DNA of 64,000 nucleotides, from IMG/VR virus record IMGVR_UViG_2864804954_000001, positions 46,193-110,192 of that record. The stretch is one strand, 5' to 3'. Positions 1 to 9,595 of the stretch are shown one piece after another. The position numbers and the translations under genes are program-made. Every line of letters begins with the position of its first letter. Position 1 is the first letter of the stretch. The notes beneath the pieces were generated by a model, which saw only the letters and a program-made list of their open reading frames with translations, was not told where the DNA came from and did no database searches. This DNA comes from a virus (taxonomy: Duplodnaviria > Heunggongvirae > Uroviricota > Caudoviricetes).

Positions 1-18
1 TGATGCTATCTAACCGTG

Positions 19-64
19 CTTGGGCGACTTGGGTATCCAAACCGCTATCGTATATATTAATAAG
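19..64 (+). repeat. 45-bp promoter-like repeat R1 (plus orientation)
   Basis: CTTGGGCGACTTGGGTATCCAAACCGCTATCGTATATATTAATAAG. TTGGGT-16-TATATA resembles a sigma70 promoter. Confidence 0.45.
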
Positions 65-246
65 ATCATTTAAGTTTTTATTAAATAAATACGACGCGGT
101 TTGGATGTTTCGCTTCCCAAGTTCCAAGTCTGAAGGCATGGGTTGCACACCTACCTTACGGCTTACGAAGAATGCTCCATTGATGGCCATAACGAAGTTT
201 TGCGCGACTTCGTGTGCGCGTAATCCTGCGATGTCGAAATTTTCCA

Positions 247-1062
247 TTACCCTGCTCGTCCAATTTTTTTGTTAAGTGAGATGTACTGCCCCAAGTAGCG
301 GAGTGCGGTCTTTGACAGGCGCATATCCAGCGGTGCGGTCGTGCGGTAGGTCTCTTGGGTTTCGCCAATGGTTTGTGAGGTCAGTCCATTACGTCGGTAA
401 AGTGTTGACTGATCACCACCGCCGAGGATTTCTTCTGCTTCCGCGAGCTGTGCCAATTTCAACGCCTTGACGAATCGTGGCGTGAGTCTTTTGAACTCTC
501 TTGGCGGTAGCAAGCTGAGATTGCCGACAAGGTGACTTTCACCCAAGTAAGCTTGGCCGACAGTGACGTCCTCGAATCGGAAGGTGCAGATTCGCAATCG
601 CGCTTCAATCATGGCTGCGACACGTTCATCTTCGTTAGCGGCTGTCCATGCAGCTGTGCCAGGAATGGACATCGAGGTCAGGTAGGCTTCGCGCAACGTC
701 TGGAAGCTATTCAATCCCGTGATCAATCGTTCGCGTGGGACGATGATGTAAGGGAGGTCGAATGCCTGAATGTTGCCGTCTTCGAGTGTCACCTCAAATT
801 CGACGATTCTCGCTTCGTTTAAGCGCGCCAATTCCATTGTCTCGTAAGTGAGCGCGTCAAGGTCAATGGCTGCGATCTGATTCAATTCAGACGCAATGGT
901 GAGGGTTGTTTGGGTAGTGTCGAACGACGTACTCGCTTGAATCTCGGTCGAGTTATCATCCACGATGCGATATGTGGCCGAGGTGACTGACAGCGGGTTT
1001 CCATCGCTGTCAGTAAAGCTCACAGCCAGTTGAACTGGGGTTCCTGCGAGGTAAGTGTTCAT
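247..1062 (-). CDS. hypothetical virion structural protein (271 aa), last gene of head block
   Basis: Long minus-strand ORF immediately downstream of the capsid genes. Its start overlaps the stop of the upstream gene (ATGA-type). No recognisable catalytic motif. Confidence 0.45.
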   Translation of the reverse strand: MNTYLAGTPVQLAVSFTDSDGNPLSVTSATYRIVDDNSTEIQASTSFDTTQTTLTIASELNQIAAIDLDALTYETMELARLNEARIVEFEVTLEDGNIQAFDLPYIIVPRERLITGLNSFQTLREAYLTSMSIPGTAAWTAANEDERVAAMIEARLRICTFRFEDVTVGQAYLGESHLVGNLSLLPPREFKRLTPRFVKALKLAQLAEAEEILGGGDQSTLYRRNGLTSQTIGETQETYRTTAPLDMRLSKTALRYLGQYISLNKKIGRAG

Positions 1063-1610
1063 TATTCGGCTTCACCCGCAACTTCTAGGATGCGATCAAT
1101 TAAGTCGTTAATTGAGCCAGCTTTTACACCGACCTGAGTGCCAATTTCGCGTAGACCTGTTAGGCCACTTTCGTCCACAACCGCTTCCAGTTGAGCGCGT
1201 GTGTATTTCACATCCACATTAGTAGCAGAATTATCAACCACGCGATCGCCAACAGCGGCAGTAGGTTGAGCATTTGCCACAACATTTACCCCCTCCGCTT
1301 TGAATTGAGCGTGGGCGACCACCGTAGTCACATCAATTGCCTGCGCTGCGTTTTGGACGCCCACGACTGCCGCTAAGTGATCAAGGCGAGCTTCTTGCAG
1401 GCCAGTTGGTGCAGGCGTTTGTAAGTTGGCTGCGTACACATCGCCGATGTTGGCATGTGAACCATCTTCCCAAATGGCGCCAATTGTTCCCGCGATTCGC
1501 ATCCCATCTACAGGCAGTACATCGTTAATCGATAGACCATCTTGGAAGTAGATCACTCCCATTTGACCCGTGTAGTTCTCAAAGCCTGAGCCTGTTAATC
1601 GTAATTTCAT
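1062..1610 (-). CDS. hypothetical structural protein (182 aa), Ala/Val/Gly-rich
   Basis: ORF directly after the MCP terminator. RBS AAGGA 8 nt upstream of the ATG. Composition typical of a decoration/fibre-like protein. Confidence 0.5.
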   Translation of the reverse strand: MKLRLTGSGFENYTGQMGVIYFQDGLSINDVLPVDGMRIAGTIGAIWEDGSHANIGDVYAANLQTPAPTGLQEARLDHLAAVVGVQNAAQAIDVTTVVAHAQFKAEGVNVVANAQPTAAVGDRVVDNSATNVDVKYTRAQLEAVVDESGLTGLREIGTQVGVKAGSINDLIDRILEVAGEAE

Positions 1611-1650
1611 GTTTTACATCCTTGTTTCAGCCGTTCTTTGGCTGTGAAGT

Positions 1651-1675
1651 ATGATAAGTCAGCGGTGACTTTATT
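1651..1675. promoter_or_regulatory. palindromic element PAL (inverted-flank variant)
   Basis: GATAAGTCAGCGGTGACTTTAT, 40 nt upstream of gene 1062-1610. Confidence 0.45.
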
Positions 1676-1831
1676 ACAACGCAAAACATTGAAAGCCATC
1701 GCCATATTCCCTGTGTAAATCTTGGTTCTTCCGACCAGTCTGGGACTGAGCAGATTGTGAAGAACAAACTTGCCTTCGTTTAAGCGTTCGCCTTTGTATC
1801 GTTTGGTTTTCATCACTTTCCTTGAGACGTA

Positions 1832-1864
1832 AAAAAAGAGGAAGCATTGCGCTTCCCCTTTCTA
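1832..1864 (-). terminator. intrinsic terminator after major capsid gene
   Basis: Hairpin GGAAGC-attgc-GCTTCC flanked by an A-run and T-run (bidirectional), 25 nt downstream of the MCP stop. Confidence 0.5.
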
Positions 1865-1889
1865 AATCTGACCAACTAAAGGCAGTTTA

Positions 1890-2792
1890 TTAGATGTTTA
1901 CCACACCTTTTAAACGCGCCAAAGAGCGGGTTGATTTCAATGCTAAACCGCAGTACCACTTCAAGCGGATACGGGTCGCATCTTTGTTCTGAACCGTACC
2001 GATGTTTTCAACAACGATACCCGCAGAACTGCCGCCGTAGATACCATGCAAGCCATCAGCTTCGTTCAAGCGTACTGCGTACACTGAACAAGTTTTGGTT
2101 GCAGTGCCTTGCACTTCATTCGCTGCCAAAAACTCGTTCATGATGATAGGGATACCATTATGAGTAAGCATCGGACGACCGAAGTTTTCAAGCTGTTGCA
2201 TTACCGCATCAGTGCCGTAAGTTGCGCGAAGCAATGAACGGAATGCGCGGATTGTGCCGCGACGCATTACTAATACGTCTGCACCCAATGGAATCAAGTC
2301 AACCAACTCGTCGAGCTTGGCAAGTGTCAATGCACCACCATTTTCGCCCATGTCAATTGTCTGTTCGGCAGTAACCAACTTCGCAATACCATCGAACGAT
2401 TTAGGAGTCGTTGCGGTATCACCAGTGGCTAAAGTTTGATGGAATTGACGCGCTACACCTTTCGCTTTTTTGGCAATCTGAATCGCCATTTGGTCGTTAG
2501 TGTCGCCCATCGTTGAATCGAGGAACTTATCGATGTCCACATCGCCAGCTAAGATGCGAAGTTTCGCAACTTGTTCTGTGAACGTAGACGCACTTTCTTG
2601 GATTTGTTCGTTCGGATCAATCCAGTCTGCTGCGGCTAACGTATCTTCGCGGTTATACAAGTAAGCCTTCGAGTTCACTTGCATGAACGGTAAGATGGCA
2701 AACAAGTCATCACGGTCGATGATTTCGTCGATCACGCCTGCTTCAAGCGTGTTATTACTGAGTTTCTCGGCTTCTTCGCGTAAAAGTGGCAT
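1890..2792 (-). CDS. major capsid protein (300 aa)
   Basis: Position after portal and scaffold. Strong SD AAGGAGAGG. Followed by a terminator. Size and composition of an HK97/T7-fold MCP. Confidence 0.6.
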   Translation of the reverse strand: MPLLREEAEKLSNNTLEAGVIDEIIDRDDLFAILPFMQVNSKAYLYNREDTLAAADWIDPNEQIQESASTFTEQVAKLRILAGDVDIDKFLDSTMGDTNDQMAIQIAKKAKGVARQFHQTLATGDTATTPKSFDGIAKLVTAEQTIDMGENGGALTLAKLDELVDLIPLGADVLVMRRGTIRAFRSLLRATYGTDAVMQQLENFGRPMLTHNGIPIIMNEFLAANEVQGTATKTCSVYAVRLNEADGLHGIYGGSSAGIVVENIGTVQNKDATRIRLKWYCGLALKSTRSLARLKGVVNI

Positions 2793-2890
2793 CCTTGCCT
2801 CTCCTTGTGCTTTATTTGATTGAGTTAATTCGGGTCTAACTCGCTCTAGTCACCGACAGAACAAATCCTACCATCCTTGGTAGGACTTGT

Positions 2891-2914
2891 AAAGTCACCG
2901 CTGACTTACTTTTA
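2891..2914. promoter_or_regulatory. palindromic element PAL
   Basis: AAAGTCACCGCTGACTTACTTTTA, about 100 nt upstream of MCP. Confidence 0.5.
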
Positions 2915-2922
2915 TAAGGAAG

Positions 2923-3801
2923 TTAGGCTTTTTGTTTCAATAGAGCGTTTAAGCCCGCTTGAATCTTTTCCTGACCTGTAAGGGCTTTCGGTGGGGTGTT
3001 GAGGTTTTGACCTTTAGGTGTCGAGATAGAACCTGCACCTTGTTTAACTTTGGATTTGATCAAGTGATCTTTTTCAGGGTCGGCTTCGATGATCTTGCGC
3101 ATTGCTTCATCAAAACTTACCGTTTGACCGTAGGCGTCTACGATCGCTGTGCGGTTTGCTTCGCCACGCGGCTTGTCATAGCCAACTACTTTTCCATCTT
3201 CAATTTCGAAGTGTTCGCCGTACAATGCGCGGGCTTTGGCAGGTGGCAACACCAACTCACCAGTAACAAACTCAGATTGGCTAAATTGAGTGCCAACCGT
3301 TAAGTCGCTGATGCGTTGTTCAGACGCGCCTTTTGCACCTTTAAGGTCTGCAATTTCCTGCTGCAGCTTGGCAACTTCCGCTTTGTGTTGATCTGCCATG
3401 CTTTGCTTCACGCGTTCGTATTCGCCACGATCTTCAAGAGCTTTAACTTCGGCAGCTTTTTTGTCAGCCAACACTTGACGGACTTCAGCTAAGTCCAAGT
3501 CACCGATGCTTTCACGTAATGCTGCTTCTGCTTCTTTTGCTTTTTTCGCAGCTTCCTTGTGCTTCATTACGTCTTTAAGCAATGCCGCTTCTTTGTCGGT
3601 CAACGAACCTTCTGCTTTTGGTGGAGCTGTCGCAGGGTTTGCTTCGCCACCTTCTGCACCTGAGCCAGTGCCAGCGTTTTCTTCAGCGCCCTCTGCAGGA
3701 GTTGGAGCTTGACCACCAGCGCCACCTAAATCACCACCCTCACCATCGGCAGGGTTAGATAGGTGTCCACCATTCGTTAAAAGTTGCATCCATAAAGGCA
3801 T
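2923..3801 (-). CDS. scaffolding protein (292 aa)
   Basis: Gly/Ala-rich N-terminus then a long charged coiled-coil (KEAAKKAKEAEAALRE...). Located between portal and MCP. Confidence 0.55.
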   Translation of the reverse strand: MPLWMQLLTNGGHLSNPADGEGGDLGGAGGQAPTPAEGAEENAGTGSGAEGGEANPATAPPKAEGSLTDKEAALLKDVMKHKEAAKKAKEAEAALRESIGDLDLAEVRQVLADKKAAEVKALEDRGEYERVKQSMADQHKAEVAKLQQEIADLKGAKGASEQRISDLTVGTQFSQSEFVTGELVLPPAKARALYGEHFEIEDGKVVGYDKPRGEANRTAIVDAYGQTVSFDEAMRKIIEADPEKDHLIKSKVKQGAGSISTPKGQNLNTPPKALTGQEKIQAGLNALLKQKA

Positions 3802-3841
3802 ATTCAGTTCCTTGCTATTCTCTTAGCTGTTGAGCCGACGA

Positions 3842-5539
3842 TCACTTGTCGGCTGTATTTTTGGTTACTTGACCTTGGCGTTTGTTTTTGACTGCCTTGG
3901 CTTCAGTGTTTCCTTGTGGGTCTTTCGCTTTCGCGTCAGTTTGGGCGGCGCCTGGATTGGTTGACGTTGTGTTCGTCAGCTTCCCTGCGTTGTTGTTGTC
4001 AGTTAGACGGTTGGCAAGCTCAATCGGATCTACAGGCCATTCTTTTAACTCACTGACCATCTTCGCTTTCAGGTCTTTGGCGAGTTGTGGGAACAACTTG
4101 TCGATGATTGATTCCATTTGATGACGACGAATCGTTTCAGGCGCATCAATCAGCATCAGACGTGCCGCGATGTCGAACTCGTCATATAAGCCGCGTGTGT
4201 CGAAGTTGTCAGGGTAAGAAATGAACTCATTTGCCCCTTCTTCTTTTTCGCCATGCCACTTGAGGACAAGTCGAGAAATCTGTTCTTCAACCCACTCTAG
4301 GGAATCCGACTTCGCACAGAGCAATGCGTTTACTCGCTCGAAATCGTATGCCTTCGCAACACCGCTTGAGTTATCAATACCCACCGCGTTGTCTTGCTTG
4401 GTGCGCTCCCCTGCTAAACCTACCGTGTGATAAATTTCACCCACGATCTTGTTTACAGCGGTAATGATGAGATCAGCCTGCTTCACGTCTGGAGAGAGGA
4501 AGAATGGCGTTCCACCTTCTCCGTCATACAAGAAGATACGGCTAGTACCCATCTCGATGAGCTTGGCGTGCGTGTCGTCGCCTGGCAGTACATTCTGCGC
4601 AGGCATCGCCAACTGACTGAATGTTTGATCTTGAATGATGGCATCCAAGTTTGAGAGGTAGTTAGCTACCGCTCGGTCGAGGTACGCAATGTCGTCGATC
4701 ATCGCGGGCGCCTCATATTCTTCATCGCCAATCATGTGATCGGCCAGAATTACAGGCACTTCACCTAAGCCGTGATTGTCACTGCCGATTTTGACGATCT
4801 GTGTCTTCTTGGTTGTGCCAATACGCTTTTCTTCGTACAGCGTCCAATCTAACTTCGTCCAAAGGCGATAACGATGGATGGGTTCACCTGTCGAACCAAA
4901 CGGATCTGAATCGTCTCGTCCAATTTCGTGAATCAACACCCACTGAAGGCGTCCTTCGTCGTCAAATGAGTAATCAAGCAACTGTTGTGGCCCAACAATG
5001 TAGGCATAGGCTTTCATGCCTGCCTTCTTCTCATCAGCCCGAGTTTTCACCTCCAACCCATCTTTAGGCTGGCTCATGTCCACCACAATGCCTACGCGTC
5101 CGTACTGTGAGGTTCGCTTGCTCACTTGACGCATAAAGTCATCAATGGTTAGACCGTTGCGTGTTGCTCGTTTCCAAAATCCTTGCAATGCTTCAGGCGA
5201 ATCTTTGACGTTGCGCGTGATGGACTGCTTGAATAGGTACTTGTTGATGAGGTCTACAACTTCGCGGGTATGGTTGAAGCGGTAGGCGCGTTTTAAACGA
5301 TCGCCATACTCTTTGTCGCCTTCCTTGATGTAGCGGAAGACATTTGTTTCAAACCACTCGCGACCGCCCTCATAGGTTGCTTGCATGAAGTTCCAGTGAG
5401 GGAGTTGTTGCTTGTACTTCGGGTGACGTCGCTCAACGAATTTGCGTAAACGCTTCTGCTCATCCCCACCGACTGTACTGCCACTTCCTGTCGCAGTTAC
5501 GGGGTTGATGACTTGCGTTTCTCCTTGCTTTAATGGCAT
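3842..5539 (-). CDS. portal protein (565 aa)
   Basis: Size and position directly downstream of TerL. Basic, unstructured C-terminus. Confidence 0.65.
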   Translation of the reverse strand: MPLKQGETQVINPVTATGSGSTVGGDEQKRLRKFVERRHPKYKQQLPHWNFMQATYEGGREWFETNVFRYIKEGDKEYGDRLKRAYRFNHTREVVDLINKYLFKQSITRNVKDSPEALQGFWKRATRNGLTIDDFMRQVSKRTSQYGRVGIVVDMSQPKDGLEVKTRADEKKAGMKAYAYIVGPQQLLDYSFDDEGRLQWVLIHEIGRDDSDPFGSTGEPIHRYRLWTKLDWTLYEEKRIGTTKKTQIVKIGSDNHGLGEVPVILADHMIGDEEYEAPAMIDDIAYLDRAVANYLSNLDAIIQDQTFSQLAMPAQNVLPGDDTHAKLIEMGTSRIFLYDGEGGTPFFLSPDVKQADLIITAVNKIVGEIYHTVGLAGERTKQDNAVGIDNSSGVAKAYDFERVNALLCAKSDSLEWVEEQISRLVLKWHGEKEEGANEFISYPDNFDTRGLYDEFDIAARLMLIDAPETIRRHQMESIIDKLFPQLAKDLKAKMVSELKEWPVDPIELANRLTDNNNAGKLTNTTSTNPGAAQTDAKAKDPQGNTEAKAVKNKRQGQVTKNTADK

Positions 5540-5555
5540 GGTCGTCCTTGATTTA

Positions 5556-5580
5556 GTAAGTCACGGGTGACTTACTTTTT
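5556..5580. promoter_or_regulatory. palindromic element PAL (perfect 9-bp arms)
   Basis: GTAAGTCAC-GG-GTGACTTAC-TTTTT between terL stop and portal start, 18 nt from the portal ATG. Confidence 0.5.
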
Positions 5581-5585
5581 CTAGT

Positions 5586-6830
5586 CTAAATGGAAATACC
5601 ACCAATTTCAAGTTTGCGAACAGGAAATTCCAACTCGATGCAATATCCCGCTGCATCGGCTGAGTGTTCTACGCCTGCGTCTTTATCGACGTCGCGACTT
5701 CCTGGCTTGTAGATGGTCTGCTCGAATGAGTTAATGAGGTGCTTGCAGGATTCGTCGATGCGCAAACGGATTTTGCCGTCCGCTGATCTAAGCATCCTGT
5801 TCACCGCATTGACGCGGTCGGCAATTGGTGGGTGCTTTTTGCGGTTCTTGATTCGGACAAAGCCCTTCTCCCGCATGATGTCCAAGTCGGTCTCACCCCT
5901 TGCGTGTTGACGCTGACCACTCGCAGGGTCAGGATAGATCACGACTTGTCGTTGGTATTTCCACAGCTTCTCGTCCAACGCATCGCAGATTTCCTGCGTG
6001 TTTGAACCGTACTGCACGATCTCATCAACCGCCCAAACTTCACCATTCGGCTGAGGTTGGAAAATGACGGTACTCATTGGGTCAATGTTGAAGTCCATCC
6101 CCACCCAAATTGGCAGAGCTGGATTGAACTTGTATTTCCCGACGTGTTCGTCACGGTCAAAGGCGTAGTACACACGTCCACTCATTGTCTCGAACGAAGC
6201 AAGGAACTCCTGCTTGAACGATTTGTCGTCCATATCGGCTTTCGCTGCTGCGATCTCCGACAATGGAATGAACGGTGAGGTGATGGTTGGAAACTGCCAT
6301 GACTCCCATTGGCCTGTCCGCAGCTTGTGTGGGTCTTTGCCTTGTTTGTAAACAGAGTAAAGACAGTTGTAAGCCTTCGGTGTCCCAATGAAGATGGCGT
6401 GACCACCAGTGTCGGCAAGCGTCGGTCGCAATACTTTGGTCCAAGTGTCTTCGTCCATGTCTTGATATTCATCAAGTACAAGGAAGTTGATACCTACACC
6501 ACGTAAGGAATCGGCTTTATCCGCACCTTTGAGTTCGATGCGCGAACCATTAACCAAACGAACGGTTAAGTTCGATTCATTGATCTTGGCAATCCAGGCA
6601 CGGGGAATTGCGTCGAGTAACGCAAGCCACATGATCTGCTTTGCCATTTTGTAGGTTGGCGCAACGTACCAAATCAACTGCTTTGGCTTTTGCGCTTTAG
6701 AGATCATCAGCACTTTGGAGAGCTGCGTCTTGCCCCAACGACGACCCGCTACGACACAGCGAAAACGAGCCTTCGATTGGTACACTTCCATTTGCTTAGG
6801 GTGTAATGCGAGCTTTTCCTTTAGTCCCAT
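5586..6830 (-). CDS. terL: terminase large subunit (414 aa)
   Basis: Walker A VVAGRRWGKT near the N-terminus and a Walker B-like LVLDE. C-terminal nuclease-like acidic residues. Confidence 0.8.
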   Translation of the reverse strand: MGLKEKLALHPKQMEVYQSKARFRCVVAGRRWGKTQLSKVLMISKAQKPKQLIWYVAPTYKMAKQIMWLALLDAIPRAWIAKINESNLTVRLVNGSRIELKGADKADSLRGVGINFLVLDEYQDMDEDTWTKVLRPTLADTGGHAIFIGTPKAYNCLYSVYKQGKDPHKLRTGQWESWQFPTITSPFIPLSEIAAAKADMDDKSFKQEFLASFETMSGRVYYAFDRDEHVGKYKFNPALPIWVGMDFNIDPMSTVIFQPQPNGEVWAVDEIVQYGSNTQEICDALDEKLWKYQRQVVIYPDPASGQRQHARGETDLDIMREKGFVRIKNRKKHPPIADRVNAVNRMLRSADGKIRLRIDESCKHLINSFEQTIYKPGSRDVDKDAGVEHSADAAGYCIELEFPVRKLEIGGISI

Positions 6831-6840
6831 TAATTACACT

Positions 6841-7443
6841 TTATGCAGTTGGTTGAGGGTCTTGGACTGCTTCGCCTTCTGGCATTTCAACCAACTCCTC
6901 TTGGAAGTCGTTGAAATCTCGGTTGCGTAAGTCCTCGATTTGATCTGCGGTCAATTCTTCGATCACCAGTGCTGGCAATTCGTTGGTATCGACTGCATCA
7001 GGTCGGTCAAGACCTAAGATCGCCCACCGCTCTTGACGAGCTTTTGAGATAACATTGACGGCAGCTTCAATTGCCTTAAGGTTGGATTGAGCAACGGACA
7101 GTGGCGAACCATCCTTCTTGCATTTCGAGAGTTCTTCCCACGCTAGGCGCGCAAGATGAGCGGACATCTTGTAATGCTCATCTTTCGTTTCCTTAATGCG
7201 CTGCGCGTAAATGGCTGCGTCTGCTGATGCTGCGTCCGTAACTTGTTCGGCAATCCGTTTCCGATGTTCTTCTGCTCTTGACCCGCGAACCACGCCACGT
7301 TTTTTCATGTGGAGTGATACTGCGGTGGGTGACACATCAAGCTTTTTGGCGATCTCGTCCCGTGTAGCTTCGCCTAATTCCCATAGGGCTTCCGCTTCAG
7401 CCCACTGTTTAGGCTTCGGCAGGGTTTTCTTTTCGGTAGTCAT
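6841..7443 (-). CDS. terS: terminase small subunit (200 aa)
   Basis: HTH (DEIAKKLDVSPTAVSLHMKKRG) at the N-terminus. Immediately upstream of terL. Acidic C-terminus. Confidence 0.55.
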   Translation of the reverse strand: MTTEKKTLPKPKQWAEAEALWELGEATRDEIAKKLDVSPTAVSLHMKKRGVVRGSRAEEHRKRIAEQVTDAASADAAIYAQRIKETKDEHYKMSAHLARLAWEELSKCKKDGSPLSVAQSNLKAIEAAVNVISKARQERWAILGLDRPDAVDTNELPALVIEELTADQIEDLRNRDFNDFQEELVEMPEGEAVQDPQPTA

Positions 7444-7543
7444 TCGCGTTCCATGCTTGAATGAAAAGGGGCGTGTGAGGTACTTCCATGTACTACACCG
7501 CCCCGTTGTTCAAGCGAGGATACTTTGAGCATCCTTTAAAGTC

Positions 7544-7568
7544 AAGTCACCGCTGACTTACTTTTATG
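7544..7568. promoter_or_regulatory. palindromic element PAL
   Basis: CAAGTCACCGCTGACTTACTTTTAT upstream of terS. Overlaps TTGACT -35-like hexamer. Confidence 0.5.
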
Positions 7569-7956
7569 TGTGGTATGCCAAGACGTACCATAGCGCACAA
7601 GACAGAGCCAGTGCTTCGGTATCGAATGGGATTGTCAGATGATGCTCATCGTTGAATACAAACGAAGCGATGAACATTGGTGAGTATTCTTCCCCACGTT
7701 TACGCTTCACAAAATCAATCGACGGGAAAATAAGAGGGTCTAGCCCGATGCGTTGCAGTTCAGGCATTGTGGCGTCAATATCACCACAGTAATCAGGAGC
7801 AATTGAGCAGCCGAACTGTTCGCTTCGTACCGCCTGATCGTCGAGCATGTGAGTGTTAAAACCGAGGAGGTAATCAATTTCTGAATTGGCTTGTGCGCCT
7901 GGGGAGAAGTCGTCCCCGATGATTAGAACTTCGTGTTCCGTAGTTGACTTGGGCAT
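7564..7956 (-). CDS. hypothetical protein (130 aa)
   Basis: ORF with RBS GCAAGG. Preceded by the 45-bp promoter-like repeat R2 and palindromic element. Confidence 0.45.
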   Translation of the reverse strand: MPKSTTEHEVLIIGDDFSPGAQANSEIDYLLGFNTHMLDDQAVRSEQFGCSIAPDYCGDIDATMPELQRIGLDPLIFPSIDFVKRKRGEEYSPMFIASFVFNDEHHLTIPFDTEALALSCALWYVLAYHT

Positions 7957-7983
7957 CCTTGCCGCTCCCGTGTATTAGTAATT

Positions 7984-8008
7984 AAGTAAGTCACGGATGA
8001 CTATATTA
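7984..8008. promoter_or_regulatory. palindromic element PAL
   Basis: TAAGTAAGTCACGGATGACTATATT, between repeat R2 and the gene 7956 start. Confidence 0.45.
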
Positions 8009-8050
8009 ATATATACGATAGCGGTAGGGATACCCAAGTTCACCCAAGTT
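8001..8050 (-). repeat. 45-bp promoter-like repeat R2 (minus orientation) upstream of gene 7564-7956
   Basis: Minus: CTTGGGTGAACTTGGGTATCCCTACCGCTATCGTATATATTAATATAG. Confidence 0.45.
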
Positions 8051-8061
8051 GCGGAGGATGG

Positions 8062-8337
8062 TTATTCGGCAACCGTTTTCGGTGTGTGCCACTCAACGTA
8101 TTTCTTACCAAGTTCGGTGGTGTCGAATAACACCTTACGGCGCTGTTCGCGTACGTCCGTTCCAACTTTGGCAATCAGTTTTTTACCGACCATACTGCGG
8201 ACAACAAATTGCATCGAAGGTTTGTTGGTTGGGTAAGACTGAGCCGCGATGATCTGATCGAGATCCACCAGTGTTCCATCTGCGTTTTTACCGTCGATGG
8301 TTTTGAGCAGTTCCATTTGTTTAGAAGTTAAGAGCAT
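8062..8337 (-). CDS. hypothetical protein (91 aa), possibly winged-helix
   Basis: Small basic ORF overlapping the upstream gene by 17 nt. Confidence 0.4.
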   Translation of the reverse strand: MLLTSKQMELLKTIDGKNADGTLVDLDQIIAAQSYPTNKPSMQFVVRSMVGKKLIAKVGTDVREQRRKVLFDTTELGKKYVEWHTPKTVAE

Positions 8338-9259
8338 TCAGCTTCTCCATGTTCAGCGGTTCGTCGGTGCGTTGATTGTCGAATGCCAACAACGGTAATC
8401 GCTCAGGCATGATCAACTCACGTCCTTCGAGCATTGCAGCCTTGACATCAGGGTTTTCATACATGCCGTACATTGGGCTTGCGAACACCAGTTGTTGTGT
8501 GGATTTGATCAGCATTTCCACCGAGAGTCCTTCCACGCGACTTGTGCCATTCATGCGGTTGTTCCCGGACTTCTCCATTGAGCTGTACTGGTAATAAAAC
8601 TTGCGCATTTCCGCGATGCACTTTTCACGCACCGCTTTGGGCATACCTTCCAGTTCACGCTTCACTCCGACGAAGTCACTTGGATGCGCTTCAAACCAAC
8701 TGCGGAAGAATTTCAATCCGCGCTCATAGTTGGTTGCACGTTTTGGCTGAGAGAATTGAATCCCTGCTTTTTGTGCGAATGGATTGAATTTGCTCATAGA
8801 GCTTTGGAACTCAATCAAACGGCAGCCAGTCATGCGCATCATGAGATTCTGTGCGCGGTAGGCAATCCCTGCCCCTCGGTACATGGTATCGACGACAAGA
8901 CGGCTGTTGGTGCACACATTGTCATTAATCCAGTTGGCGCGGTATTGATTCATCAGACGAGAGTCTTTGCCGCCGCTTGAGTTGGGACGTAGATGCTTGA
9001 ACAGGTCATTTCGTCCACCAAGCAGCATTTTGGGTACCGTCATCACTCCGACACCGATGGTCTTGCCGTGCAGCACCACTCGCCAACGTCGAGGGCCAAT
9101 CCCTTCACTTTTGCCTTTGTAGTGGAGTTCGTTGAGTAGTAACCAGTCCTCTTTTGTTCCTGGCTCGATGTAAATATCATCCAGTAGCGATAGGCGGTGG
9201 TTTTTAGGGACGTCGTGACGCTGAATTAAAACTTGCGGGGTGTCTTTGATTACTTTCAT
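8321..9259 (-). CDS. hypothetical protein with GNAT-like motif (312 aa)
   Basis: Motif TMYRGAGIAYRA resembles GNAT motif A (R/QxxGxG/A) after a beta-strand-like VVLHGKTIGVGVM. Confidence 0.4.
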   Translation of the reverse strand: MKVIKDTPQVLIQRHDVPKNHRLSLLDDIYIEPGTKEDWLLLNELHYKGKSEGIGPRRWRVVLHGKTIGVGVMTVPKMLLGGRNDLFKHLRPNSSGGKDSRLMNQYRANWINDNVCTNSRLVVDTMYRGAGIAYRAQNLMMRMTGCRLIEFQSSMSKFNPFAQKAGIQFSQPKRATNYERGLKFFRSWFEAHPSDFVGVKRELEGMPKAVREKCIAEMRKFYYQYSSMEKSGNNRMNGTSRVEGLSVEMLIKSTQQLVFASPMYGMYENPDVKAAMLEGRELIMPERLPLLAFDNQRTDEPLNMEKLNALNF

Positions 9260-9272
9260 GTTTCCTTCTCCT

Positions 9273-9297
9273 AAAAAAAGGGCTTTCGCCCTTTCTT
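9273..9297 (-). terminator. intrinsic terminator
   Basis: AAAAAAA-GGGC-tttc-GCCC-TTTCTT hairpin, bidirectional, downstream of thioredoxin gene. Confidence 0.5.
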
Positions 9298-9595
9298 ATA
9301 GTCCCCACTCAATCAGCTTGGCTTCTACTGAGGCGGTAGAGAGCTGCCCTGCAAAGCGGGAAAGTTCTTCTCCACCTTCGTCAACCAACATTGTGACAGG
9401 CACAGCACGAATTCCATGCCGTTCAAAGCGAGGGCGATTATCATCAGCCAGCTCCACGATTTCTAATTCAAAGCCGCGTAATTCTGCTTGAGCGGCCAGT
9501 TCAGGTTTAAGGCGTTTACATGGTCCACAAGTGGGAGAGGTAAACACCACGACTTTATTCGGCATTTTTGTATCCTTCAGGAGCTTTAATATCAA
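9296..9595 (-). CDS. thioredoxin-like protein (99 aa)
   Basis: CxxC active site in FTSPTCGPCKRLKPEL. Thioredoxin-fold length. Confidence 0.65.
   Translation of the reverse strand: MILKLLKDTKMPNKVVVFTSPTCGPCKRLKPELAAQAELRGFELEIVELADDNRPRFERHGIRAVPVTMLVDEGGEELSRFAGQLSTASVEAKLIEWGL

Noticed and set aside
1607-1816. 69-aa minus-strand ORF between MCP terminator and gene 1062-1610
   Set aside because: It contains a PAL element (1651-1675) and the RBS region of the downstream gene. Most likely non-coding leader sequence.
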